Below, one piece after another: positions 16,174 to 25,236 of a stretch of 46,880 bases of DNA. The position numbers and the translations under genes were made by a program. Below the pieces are notes generated by a model. The model saw only the letters and a program-made list of their open reading frames with translations, had not been told where the DNA came from and searched no databases. Where the stretch lies: positions 1 to 46,880 of the forward strand of contig JAZOOE010000011.1 of assembly GCA_045654865.1 (NCBI GenBank). Reading direction: 5' to 3'. Position 1 is the stretch's first letter, and the number at the start of each line of letters is the position of its first letter. The DNA is from Acutalibacteraceae bacterium. GTDB lineage: Bacteria > Bacillota > Clostridia > Oscillospirales > Acutalibacteraceae.

Positions 16174-17640
16174 TTATGTATTTTCTTCAGCTTCCTTGAG
16201 GATTATGTATGCGCAGGTTGCAAGAGACAGTGCCTCGAGATATTTTGTTGTCTGAGCATATTTTGCTCCTCTGAGTCTTTTGAGAATGTTGTCTATCTGC
16301 TTCAGACCGAATCTGATGGCACCGGCATCGGGAAGCACGAAGAAGGCTCTTTGCATTATGCTTCTGATTTCCGTTCTCAGCCCCTCGGGCATGGGCGCTC
16401 CCGAGAAATCAAGGGTTACGGGCAGCTCGCTTACCTTGGCAAAGCCGTTTTGCATACATCTTTTTATGTCCTCGGCGGCTCGTCTTGAGAAAACGAGTGC
16501 TTCAAGAAGAGAGTTGCTGGCAAGTCTGTTTTTGCCGTGAACACCCGTATTTGCACATTCGCCGCAGGCATAAAGCCTCGGTACGGTGGTTTTGGAATCT
16601 ATATCAACCTCAATACCGCCCATAAGATAATGCTGACAGGGGAAGACGGGGATGAGATCCTTTGTTATATCTACGCCGTACTGCATGCATCCCTCTGAAA
16701 TAGCGGGGAAGCGCTCCTTAAGGAAGTCGGCGTCCTCGTGGGTTATATCAAGATAGAAGTTGTTGCTTCCGGTTCTTCTGCTTTCGAGAATAATGGATTT
16801 TGAAACGACGTCGCGGGGAGCAAGCTCAAGACGGTCGTCATATCTGTCCATAAATCTTTCCTTATTGCAGTTAAGAAGATATGCGCCCTCACCGCGTACG
16901 GATTCGCTTATAAGGAACTGCTCGCCGTTTTCGGAATTAAAGGCTGTGGGATGGAACTGAATATAGCTGAGATTTTTGATTTTTGCGCCCAGCTCGTAAG
17001 CGATTCTGATACCGTCACCCGTTGCGGATTTGGGGTTTGTTGTATACTTATAAACTCTTCCCACACCACCCGTGCAGAGCATACAATAGCTGCAGAATAC
17101 GCTTGAATATTCTCCGTCTCTGAGAATATCCGCTCTGAAGCCGCTTCTTACTCTTACAAGACGGCAGAGAACGGTATTTTCCATATAGATAATATTTTCT
17201 CTCTGTTCAACCTGACCGAGAAGGCCTCTCACCATTTCGGCACCGGTGCAGTCCTTGTAATGCACGATTCTTCTTTTACAGTGACCGCCCTCAAGAGTCA
17301 TATCCAGCTCGCCCTGAGCATCACGGTCAAAGCGCACGCCCATTTCCATAATTTTTCGTACGTCATCGGGGCCCTCGCGCACAAGAATATCCACGCTTTC
17401 GGGATCGTTTTCGTGTCTTCCCGCAATAAAGGTATCCTTTATATGAAGATCAAAGCTGTCATCCTCCAAGTTGAGCACGGCGGCAACACCGCCCTGTGCA
17501 AGATTTGAGTTTGACGTGGTTTTTGAATATTTTGAGAGTATCATTACGCTTGTATCGGATGCAAACTGTAATGCACCGTACATGCCTGCAACGCCCGAGC
17601 CTACAACAAGAACGTCAACAACCTGAGTATTATTTGCCAT
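16174..17640 (-). CDS. nadB: L-aspartate oxidase
   Basis: It has the FAD fold VDVLVVGSGVAGM and the typical NadB length and motifs (HPTA, RLYACGECA). The track's GTG start at 17652 is itself part of the GAGGTG RBS, so I prefer the ATG at 17640 (MANNTQ...). Confidence 0.95.
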   Translation of the reverse strand: MANNTQVVDVLVVGSGVAGMYGALQFASDTSVMILSKYSKTTSNSNLAQGGVAAVLNLEDDSFDLHIKDTFIAGRHENDPESVDILVREGPDDVRKIMEMGVRFDRDAQGELDMTLEGGHCKRRIVHYKDCTGAEMVRGLLGQVEQRENIIYMENTVLCRLVRVRSGFRADILRDGEYSSVFCSYCMLCTGGVGRVYKYTTNPKSATGDGIRIAYELGAKIKNLSYIQFHPTAFNSENGEQFLISESVRGEGAYLLNCNKERFMDRYDDRLELAPRDVVSKSIILESRRTGSNNFYLDITHEDADFLKERFPAISEGCMQYGVDITKDLIPVFPCQHYLMGGIEVDIDSKTTVPRLYACGECANTGVHGKNRLASNSLLEALVFSRRAAEDIKRCMQNGFAKVSELPVTLDFSGAPMPEGLRTEIRSIMQRAFFVLPDAGAIRFGLKQIDNILKRLRGAKYAQTTKYLEALSLATCAYIILKEAEENT

Positions 17641-17658
17641 CTGATTCGTCACCTCTGC

Positions 17659-18570
17659 TTAGCCAAGTCTTAACATCTCGTTTATGGGATGCAGAGCCTT
17701 TTCAATGAGCTGTCTGTCGAGCTCTATTTCTTCTCCGCCCTCGCCCTTAAGAGCCGCAAGCACCTTTTCGGGTGTTACGTATTTCATATCGCGGCAGACG
17801 AGCTTGTCGGGACAAAGATAATAAAAGCTCTTTTCGGGGTATTTGGGAATAAGATAATCGGCAACACCCTTTTCCGTACCGATTATCACGGGCTTGTCGC
17901 TTGCAAGAGCAAAGTCGATTATTTCTGCTGTTGAGCCTGCCATATCTGCGTGACGTACAGCCTCGGGAGCACATTCGGGATGAATTGCAAGAAGTGCATC
18001 GGGATGCAGGGCTTTTGCCTTTAATACGTCCTCTTCGGAGATCTGTGCGTGAATAGGGCAGTAGCCGTCCCAGAGAACGATATTCTTATCGGGAAAGCTG
18101 TCTCTTACAAAGCTGCCTAAGTTTTTGTCGGGGATAAAAAGTATTTCGGGTGCATCAAGCTGTTCAACTATTTTAAGTGCGCTTGACGAGGTTACGCATA
18201 CGTCACATTCTGCCTTCAGCGCGGCAGTTGTATTTATATACGCCACAACCCTTGCCTCAGGGTTGTTTTTCTTGTATTCTCTCACTCTGTCGGGGCTTAT
18301 CATTTCTGCCATAGGACAGGTGGCTTCGGGGGCGGGAAGAATAACCGTGGTTTCGGGGGAAAGTATTTTAACGCTTTCCGCCATAAAGCGGACACCGCAC
18401 ATAATTACTCTTTTTGCTCCTGCCGAAAGGCTCTTCTTTGCGAGTGCAAAGGAATCTCCCGTGATGTCGGCAAGCTCAATGATTTCGGGTGGCTGATAGG
18501 TATGTGCAAGTATCAGTGTACCGGTTTTCTCCTTAAGCCTTCTTATCTCATTAAGTATGTCCTTGTTCAT
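17659..18570 (-). CDS. nadA: Quinolinate synthase
   Basis: ILAHTYQPPEIIELADITGDSFAL and the three-fold repeat architecture are typical of NadA. The RBS GGGGGAttattATG favours a start at 18570 (MNKDIL). That is only 10 nt after the stop of the kinase gene at 18581. Confidence 0.95.
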   Translation of the reverse strand: MNKDILNEIRRLKEKTGTLILAHTYQPPEIIELADITGDSFALAKKSLSAGAKRVIMCGVRFMAESVKILSPETTVILPAPEATCPMAEMISPDRVREYKKNNPEARVVAYINTTAALKAECDVCVTSSSALKIVEQLDAPEILFIPDKNLGSFVRDSFPDKNIVLWDGYCPIHAQISEEDVLKAKALHPDALLAIHPECAPEAVRHADMAGSTAEIIDFALASDKPVIIGTEKGVADYLIPKYPEKSFYYLCPDKLVCRDMKYVTPEKVLAALKGEGGEEIELDRQLIEKALHPINEMLRLG

Positions 18571-18580
18571 AATAATCCCC

Positions 18581-19933
18581 CTATTCGGAAATTGCATTTA
18601 ATCGTATTACGAGGGTGAAAACTCCGTCCTCAAATTTTGTGAGCATTTCACCGTCATACTTTTTTGTTGTGCTTTCTATGCTTTTGAGTCCGAAGCCGTG
18701 ATTTTCCCTGTCCCCCTTTGAGGTGGTTCTCATTCCCCCCGAAAATCCCGAGGGAACGCTCAGTGCGGGATTTGAAATGCTTATAACGCTGTAGCTTTCA
18801 TCTCCGTGCATTTTAAGCTTTATATAACGGCTGTCGGGATCGTCGATTTTTCTGTTTGCCTCTATGGCATTGTCAAGGGCGTTACTGAGTATTATGCACA
18901 TATCCACGGGCTTGATGCTGTTTTTTTTCATATTCATAACGTCATAGCTTGTGGTAATGCTGTCAGACTGCGCCTCATAAAGCTTTTCGTTGAGGATAGC
19001 ATCGACTGCGGAAATTCCCGTAATTCTTACGTACTGCGATTCATCGGTTATTCCGCTCATTTCGCGAAGATATTTTTTTATTTCCTCAAGGTCGCCGTTT
19101 TCCGCGAGGATATTCATAGTAAGGATATGATTTTTTATATCGTGGCGGAAATTTCTCGTGCGGTTATAGGCGTTTTCTAAATTTTTAATGGATATTTCCT
19201 GTAACGAAAGCTGAGCGGTGAGCAGATCGTTTTCCCGTTTGATGCTCGCCTGACGCTGATTGAACCAGAACAGCACGAAAACAACGCCGTTTATCAGTAT
19301 TATTCCTATGCAGGAAATATATATGTAAGCCTTTATCTGTTGATTCAGGTTATATGTCTCAATTATATATTGGAATACAGAGAACGTGATAAGGGTTACT
19401 GCGGGCACCAGCAGAAGGCTTATCCACATTCTGAAGGTATTGCTTCCCTTGGCGCTGCCCTTCATAAGCACGCTTATGAGCACCGCAAGAGGTATCATTA
19501 TTATGTTTGAAAGCGTCAGTCTTAAAAGTGCCGAAAAGGCTGAATCCTCATCGGGCGGTACGGAAAAGCTGTTGCATATAAGCTCGTAAAGAAAGCCCGA
19601 TATGATTACGCTGAAGGCAAGAAGCGCCGAAAAGAGTATTCCCGCCGTAAGCTTTTTTTTCAGCCTTCCCGTATACATAGTAAACAGGAAAATTATCAGC
19701 ACCGCACATTCTGCGACGTATCTGAAATTCCCGATTCCCGTGTATTCCTGTAAAAGTATGACTGCCGCCGCAAGGACGACAAAGGGAATATAATCGTGCT
19801 GCTTCATTACGGCACGCGGCTTGAAAAAGTTGTTTATAAGCAGGAAGGCAAGCATGATCTCAAACACCGAGGAGAATATTCTTGCGGTGTTGAGAATTAT
19901 ATCCTGATAATTGTCTGCAATAAATTCAAGCAT
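18581..19933 (-). CDS. AgrC-like membrane sensor histidine kinase (second copy)
   Basis: The N-terminus is polytopic. It has the H-box FRHDIKNHILTMNILAENGD, the N-box LSNALDNAIEA and the G-box NHGFGLKSIESTTKKYDGEM. Confidence 0.85.
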   Translation of the reverse strand: MLEFIADNYQDIILNTARIFSSVFEIMLAFLLINNFFKPRAVMKQHDYIPFVVLAAAVILLQEYTGIGNFRYVAECAVLIIFLFTMYTGRLKKKLTAGILFSALLAFSVIISGFLYELICNSFSVPPDEDSAFSALLRLTLSNIIMIPLAVLISVLMKGSAKGSNTFRMWISLLLVPAVTLITFSVFQYIIETYNLNQQIKAYIYISCIGIILINGVVFVLFWFNQRQASIKRENDLLTAQLSLQEISIKNLENAYNRTRNFRHDIKNHILTMNILAENGDLEEIKKYLREMSGITDESQYVRITGISAVDAILNEKLYEAQSDSITTSYDVMNMKKNSIKPVDMCIILSNALDNAIEANRKIDDPDSRYIKLKMHGDESYSVISISNPALSVPSGFSGGMRTTSKGDRENHGFGLKSIESTTKKYDGEMLTKFEDGVFTLVIRLNAISE

Positions 19934-19936
19934 AGC

Positions 19937-20647
19937 TTATCTCATAGCCCATAAAAAGGCCTCGTTTGTCTCCTTTGCCCGTCTTTTGCTCACGGGAAGA
20001 GTCTCACCCGTGATAAGGGATATTTCGTTTTGCTTAACTGCGCTGATTTTTTTTGCATTTACAAGAAATGACTGATGGCATCGCACGAAATCGTGCTTTT
20101 TCAGCTGCTGCTCAATATCGTCCAGCTTGCCGTAAAAGGAATATTCCTCCGTACCGGTTTTTACGTTGATTATTCTTTTGTCACTTTCAAAATATATTAT
20201 ATCTGAAAGGGGAATGCCTACCGTTTCGGAGGATCTCTGAAAGGTGAAGCGCTCCTCTCCGCTTTTTGTCAGCTCGTCAAGACATTCGTTGAATACCCTT
20301 GCGAAGCCGTGAAGCAGCTCGGGCTTTAATATATACCGGAACGCTTTAACCTCATAGCCGGAGAAAACGTATTCAGCCGAGGAGGTGACGAAGACTATCA
20401 TAACCTTTGAATCAAAGGATCGGATTATTTTGGCGGCTGTCATTCCGTCGCAATCCTTCATTGTAATGTCAAGAAAAATCAGATCAAAGGGGGTATGCCC
20501 CGAGCGGTAACTCTCCACAAGACGGCTGCCGTCGTCAAATACGGTAATGCTGCCGTCGAGCTCAGTTTTTGCAAGACAATCCATGGTGCTCTTCTGCAGA
20601 AAGTCGCATATATATTTTTCATCGTCACAAATGGCAATATTGAGCAT
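19937..20647 (-). CDS. LytTR-family response regulator (second copy)
   Basis: It has the receiver MLNIAICDDE...FLDITMKDCDG and the LytTR C-terminal domain (FESDKRIINV...FVRCHQSFLVNAKKI). Confidence 0.9.
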   Translation of the reverse strand: MLNIAICDDEKYICDFLQKSTMDCLAKTELDGSITVFDDGSRLVESYRSGHTPFDLIFLDITMKDCDGMTAAKIIRSFDSKVMIVFVTSSAEYVFSGYEVKAFRYILKPELLHGFARVFNECLDELTKSGEERFTFQRSSETVGIPLSDIIYFESDKRIINVKTGTEEYSFYGKLDDIEQQLKKHDFVRCHQSFLVNAKKISAVKQNEISLITGETLPVSKRRAKETNEAFLWAMR

Positions 20648-20671
20648 CTGTCTCTTCCTGTTCTGATAAAA

Positions 20672-21220
20672 TTATTTGTTTTTCTTTCTGAAAATAACAA
20701 GCTTTGATGCAACGTAATTGAAAATTACAACGAATACGGCAATTGCAAGCTTTGCTATAAGGTGATGAAGTCCTACTGTAATGAGAAGCATAAAAACAAG
20801 CTCCTCGAATATTACAAAGGAGAGAATTCTTGCTCCGAGAAAGGAGATAAGTTCTCTGATGACGGTTTTTATTTTCCATGAGCTGCTTTCAAAAACGAAA
20901 AGCTTGTTCGTGACGAATGCGAAAAGCACGGAAACAATCCAGGCTATTGCGTTGATGAGAAGCACCCACTTTATCTCAAAGGGAGTGTCTGAGATATTCA
21001 GCGTGAATAATATTCTTTCCTCATAGCTCTCACCCACCATCGCACCTACCGAAAGATAGGTTGCAACGTTTACTACCGTGGTGCAGACACCGAATACAAG
21101 GTATGAAATTATCTCGTACTGTAAAAGCTTTTCAACTCCGGGGATTTTAAGAAGCTTTTTGAATACGGGCACGGAGAATATTCTGTTGTAGATTTTTTCG
21201 TAAAATTCTTTAAGTTTCAT
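20672..21220 (-). CDS. GtrA-family membrane protein
   Basis: The protein is 182 aa with 4 TM segments. It carries the GtrA-like motifs FAFVTNKLFVFES and FNYVASKLVIFRK. Confidence 0.8.
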   Translation of the reverse strand: MKLKEFYEKIYNRIFSVPVFKKLLKIPGVEKLLQYEIISYLVFGVCTTVVNVATYLSVGAMVGESYEERILFTLNISDTPFEIKWVLLINAIAWIVSVLFAFVTNKLFVFESSSWKIKTVIRELISFLGARILSFVIFEELVFMLLITVGLHHLIAKLAIAVFVVIFNYVASKLVIFRKKNK

Positions 21221-21270
21221 TTTGTCTTCTTTCAGAAGGAAGGGCGCAAAGCCCTTCCTCTTATTTCAGG

Positions 21271-23763
21271 TTATTTATTTTTCTTTGCAGCCTTTTCCTG
21301 AGCCTGTGCAGCCTTTTCCTTTTCTTCCTGCGCCTTTTCCTGTGCATGCTTTATCTCAAGACGCTTTTTTGCATCCTCGTAAAGCTCTGTAATTTCGCCT
21401 AAATGCGTGCTGTTTTCCTTCTGAGTGATAACCTTCTTAGCATCAAGATAGGGCTTTGCTGCACGGTTGAAATATACGTGGCTGTCGGACTCCTTCTTGA
21501 TGGAGGCCTGAAGCTGCTTCTTTTCGCTCTTGAGAGAAGCAATAGCCTCCGAAAGCTCAGCCTTCAATGCGGAATTCTTTGCCTTTTTAGCCTCAGAAAG
21601 TCTGACATAAAGCTCCTTCATCTCAGCGTTGATTGCATCCTCGCGTTCATAAAGACGGTCGGTTACTGCAAAGTCGGGCTGAACGAGCTCTGTTACGTTC
21701 TTGAAATATTTGTTTACGGAATTTATAGCCGTAAGCTTTTTCTTTGCGTTTTCAATGGCAATCTTTCTGATTTCCTTTTCTTCCTTTGTTTTAGGCATAG
21801 CCTTGGCAGCCTTGAGCTCATTCCTGACATCGGTCTTGTTCATTGAAAGAACGGCATTGATGCCCATACTGTAAAGCTCGCTTGCCTGATTATACTGGAA
21901 GCGTCCTGCGGGGGATGAGAATTTATCAAGCTCCTCACAGACGAATTTTGCAATTTTGACCTCGGTTGCATATTCCTTTGCCTTTTTGAATTCGGCTTTT
22001 CTCTGAGCCTTGTCTGCAATACCTGCAAAGCTCTTCTTGTCGGGGGCTTCTGCGGTGACGTTTTCAAGACTTCTTGAGTTTCTTATAATCTCAATACCCT
22101 CTACGATGGTTTCGTCTGTCAGAGCCTTATTGCCGAAGTCCTCAAACATAGCGCGGATCTTGAGCACGCGTACAACGGACTTCTGCTTAACCTCGTTGAA
22201 GTCATACCAGAAGAAGGGAATAACGTTCATAAATGCGCCTACTGCGGCAAGGATTATAAGTATCTGTAAAAGGTTAAGAAGCACGTCTGTGTCATAAAGC
22301 GCGCTGGTTGCGTTGGAGTAGTTGTCCTGTCCCTGTGTCAGCTGGTCGGCAAGGATCTGTCCTACGGTTTTTCCGTCGCCGAGCATTCTGTCAAGGATGC
22401 TTTGGTCGGAGGTTACCTTGAGCGCATTTTCCTCCGTAAGACCGCTTTTTTCATAAACAATGGGAAGAACACTTGATGTGGCAAGAGTGATAACGGTACC
22501 GATGGTGGCAACAGCTGAGAACATACCGTCAATTCTTTCACCGGTCTTATACTGCTGATAGTCACGGATGTCAGCCTGAATTGCGGGGTTGAGAATGTGT
22601 GCAAAGGAGCCCATAAGAGCATTGAGCCACAGACAGCCCATAACGAGCCATATAGTAGCGTTGGAAATATCCTGACAGCAGGGAAGCATCAGAAGAATGA
22701 ATAATACGTTGAAAAGGTTTGTTACGACAAGCACGGCCTTCTTGCCCCACTTTTTGATGCAGAAGGGAGCAAGCAGCATTCCCCAGAGGGAGGCGTTTCC
22801 GTAAACGGTTACGATAAGTGCGTATTCGTTACTGTTGCAGGCGCCGCCGTAATTGTAAAGCCACGCAAGGATGTTTGAATAGGATGCCTCAAGGAAGCCT
22901 ATCCAGCCTGCAAGAGAGATGATCCAGAAATACTTGTTCTTTGCAACGGCTCTGAGAGCGTCAATGAACTTAATCTGAACAACGTGGGTTCTTGCCTGAA
23001 CGATCTTTTCCTCTGTGTTTTTGTAAACAAGAATGCAAAGAAGAAGTCCGAGAATCGTAAGAATGGGGTAGAGAAGTCTGTAAACACGGATATCCGTGGT
23101 GTTGGTATGGAAGAGATTACCTGCAATAAGAGGAGTAAACAGGTTAACGAGAGTGGGAGCAAGAGAATAAACGATGCTCTTTACGGATGCGATGTTTGCT
23201 CTCTCCTGAGAGTCGGGAGACAGAACGTGGATAAGGTTTTCGTATGCATCGTAGAAGAAGTAATAGAAGAAGTGAAGAAGAAGGTTTATGACGAAAATGA
23301 TTGCGCACTTTGCCACGTAAGCCTTTGATTCTCCGAATATTTCTCCCTGAAGGAAGGGTATGTCCGAAAATCTGCCGTAGGGTATCCATACCATAGCAAG
23401 ACACAAAAGTGCGGAGGGAACAGCCATGGTAAGTATGTAAGGACGGTATTTACCCGCCTTGTTTCTTGTGTTATCTATGATGTTTGCTCTGATGCCCGTA
23501 AGGGGAATGTTTGCAATTACGCATATAATATACATCAGGTAAACGTGCGTAGGCTTTACGCCGAGAGTCATAGTAAGAAGTGTGTTATTTGCTGAGAGAA
23601 GACAGGCTGTACCGAGGGTGATGATCATATAAGCACCGATGCCGCCTACGGAATAACCGAAAATACCCTTATAGGGAACGTACTTCCCTATGGGCGGCTT
23701 GTTCCAATAGGTTCCGATGTCCGACAGTAAGCCTTTTGCTTTTTCAATAAGTTGCATAACCAA
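21271..23763 (-). CDS. GPH/MFS_2-like transporter fused to a ~300-aa Lys/Glu-rich helical C-terminal tail
   Basis: The N-terminal ~520 aa are polytopic (about 12 TM, with IFGYSVGGIGAYMI, a GPH-like N-terminus). The C-terminal ~300 aa have low-complexity coiled-coil character (..KEEKEIRKIAIENAKKKL..KAQEEKEKAAQAQEKAAKKNK*). Confidence 0.65.
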   Translation of the reverse strand: MVMQLIEKAKGLLSDIGTYWNKPPIGKYVPYKGIFGYSVGGIGAYMIITLGTACLLSANNTLLTMTLGVKPTHVYLMYIICVIANIPLTGIRANIIDNTRNKAGKYRPYILTMAVPSALLCLAMVWIPYGRFSDIPFLQGEIFGESKAYVAKCAIIFVINLLLHFFYYFFYDAYENLIHVLSPDSQERANIASVKSIVYSLAPTLVNLFTPLIAGNLFHTNTTDIRVYRLLYPILTILGLLLCILVYKNTEEKIVQARTHVVQIKFIDALRAVAKNKYFWIISLAGWIGFLEASYSNILAWLYNYGGACNSNEYALIVTVYGNASLWGMLLAPFCIKKWGKKAVLVVTNLFNVLFILLMLPCCQDISNATIWLVMGCLWLNALMGSFAHILNPAIQADIRDYQQYKTGERIDGMFSAVATIGTVITLATSSVLPIVYEKSGLTEENALKVTSDQSILDRMLGDGKTVGQILADQLTQGQDNYSNATSALYDTDVLLNLLQILIILAAVGAFMNVIPFFWYDFNEVKQKSVVRVLKIRAMFEDFGNKALTDETIVEGIEIIRNSRSLENVTAEAPDKKSFAGIADKAQRKAEFKKAKEYATEVKIAKFVCEELDKFSSPAGRFQYNQASELYSMGINAVLSMNKTDVRNELKAAKAMPKTKEEKEIRKIAIENAKKKLTAINSVNKYFKNVTELVQPDFAVTDRLYEREDAINAEMKELYVRLSEAKKAKNSALKAELSEAIASLKSEKKQLQASIKKESDSHVYFNRAAKPYLDAKKVITQKENSTHLGEITELYEDAKKRLEIKHAQEKAQEEKEKAAQAQEKAAKKNK

Positions 23764-23948
23764 AAAAACTCCCTTATAAATATACTTATATTAATAATAA
23801 CACACACATTTTTCTAATTCAATAATATTTTTATTTCTACACCCGTCAGTCGCGAAAAACCGACGGGCTGCACCAAAATATTTGACATTTTTTATATTTC
23901 TCTTTCCTTTTTAAGAAATATATGATACTATAAATTGGGTGATACTGT

Positions 23949-24983
23949 ATGTATAAAAAATACGCTGAATTTGCCACAGAGAAGGCGGTTGAAATACTCG
24001 GCATCGATTCCCCCACGGGATATACCGCCGGAGCTGCCGAATTTGTGAAAAATGAATTTGAAAAAATCGGCTGTAAGGCTTTTATAACAGAAAAGGGCGG
24101 TGTAGCCGTTGATCTGGGCGGCAAGGACGAAAGCAACGCTCTTCTTTTAGAGGCGCATCTTGACACGCTTGGCGGTATGGTTGCCGAGATCAAAAGCAAC
24201 GGACGCCTGAGAATAACTCCTCTCGGAGGCCTCAACGGATATAACACGGAATGCGAAAACTGCCGTGTTATCACAAGAGACGGACGCGTTTACAACGGTA
24301 CGTTTCTTCTTAAAAATCCATCCATACACGTAAACGGAGAGTTCAACAAAACTGACCGAAGCTTCAATAATATGGAGGTCGTGCTTGACGAGGACGCAGA
24401 AAATGCCGCTGACGTCAAGGAGCTCGGTATTATGAACGGTGACGTCGTTGCCTTTGAAACAAGAACCATAGTTACCGATTCGGGATATATAAAAAGCCGT
24501 TTTCTTGACGATAAGCTGAGTGTTGCGGCTATTCTCGGCTTTGCAAGGCTCATAAAGGATGAGGGCTTGGTGCCCGAAAGGAAAATATATCTTCATATAA
24601 CCGTATATGAGGAGGTAGGCCACGGAGCTGCCGCCGTACCCTTTGAGGGTGTGACGGAGGTGCTCAGCGTGGATATGGGCTGTGTCGGTGACGGACTTGA
24701 TTGTACGGAAAAGCAGGTTTCGATCTGCGCAAAGGATTCAGGCGGTCCTTATAATTACGATATGACGACAAGGCTTATTAAGGCGGCTGAAAAGACGGGC
24801 GCCGATTTTGCGGTGGACGTTTATCCTCATTACGGCAGTGATGCAGAGGCAACCCTCAGAGCGGGCCACGATTTCCGCCACGGGCTCATAGGTCCGGGAG
24901 TCTATTCCTCTCACGGCTATGAAAGAAGTCATATCCTCGGCGTTGAAAACACTATCAGATTGCTCGCAGGCTTCGTAATCTGA
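23949..24983 (+). CDS. M42-family aminopeptidase/endoglucanase-like (FrvX/PepA/YsdC type)
   Basis: The protein is 344 aa. ..LEAHLDTLGGMV.., FLDDKLSVAAIL and YEEVGHGAA are typical of the M42 family. Confidence 0.85.
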   Translation: MYKKYAEFATEKAVEILGIDSPTGYTAGAAEFVKNEFEKIGCKAFITEKGGVAVDLGGKDESNALLLEAHLDTLGGMVAEIKSNGRLRITPLGGLNGYNTECENCRVITRDGRVYNGTFLLKNPSIHVNGEFNKTDRSFNNMEVVLDEDAENAADVKELGIMNGDVVAFETRTIVTDSGYIKSRFLDDKLSVAAILGFARLIKDEGLVPERKIYLHITVYEEVGHGAAAVPFEGVTEVLSVDMGCVGDGLDCTEKQVSICAKDSGGPYNYDMTTRLIKAAEKTGADFAVDVYPHYGSDAEATLRAGHDFRHGLIGPGVYSSHGYERSHILGVENTIRLLAGFVI

Positions 24984-25220
24984 ATTTCGGAATTCTAAGG
25001 CTTAAAGCTTTACATTCGTTGTGTATATAAACAGATGTCGAGGTCATAAAAATTTGTTGTATTAGCGAAAGAAAAAAATAAGCCGGACAAAAAGCAGATC
25101 TAAAAGCGAGTGTGCAACAAAAGGTAAAAAAATTTATGTTTATCGGGAAAGGACTTCGGATTTCAGGAGAATCAAAACAATAAAAATCTCCGAATTCCGA
25201 ATTCCGAATTCCGAATTCGC
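24984..25220. repeat. Second, more degenerate CCGAATT-type element, ending in a (CCGAATT)x4 microsatellite
   Basis: The left end is aatttcggaattctaagg (24984-25000). The right end is ctccgaattccgaattccgaattccgaattcgc (25188-25220). Four perfect heptamers lie at 25190-25217. The element fills the whole intergenic space. Confidence 0.55.
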
Positions 25221-25236
25221 AGGAAGTGGTGAACAG

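Noticed and set aside
21234-21262. The hairpin aggaagggc-gcaaa-gcccttcct between the tailed transporter and the GtrA gene, considered as a terminator.
   Set aside because: No T-run follows on the coding (minus) strand, and the hairpin lies 10-15 nt before the next RBS. It is more likely an intercistronic stabilising or processing hairpin, and the evidence is too weak to call a feature.
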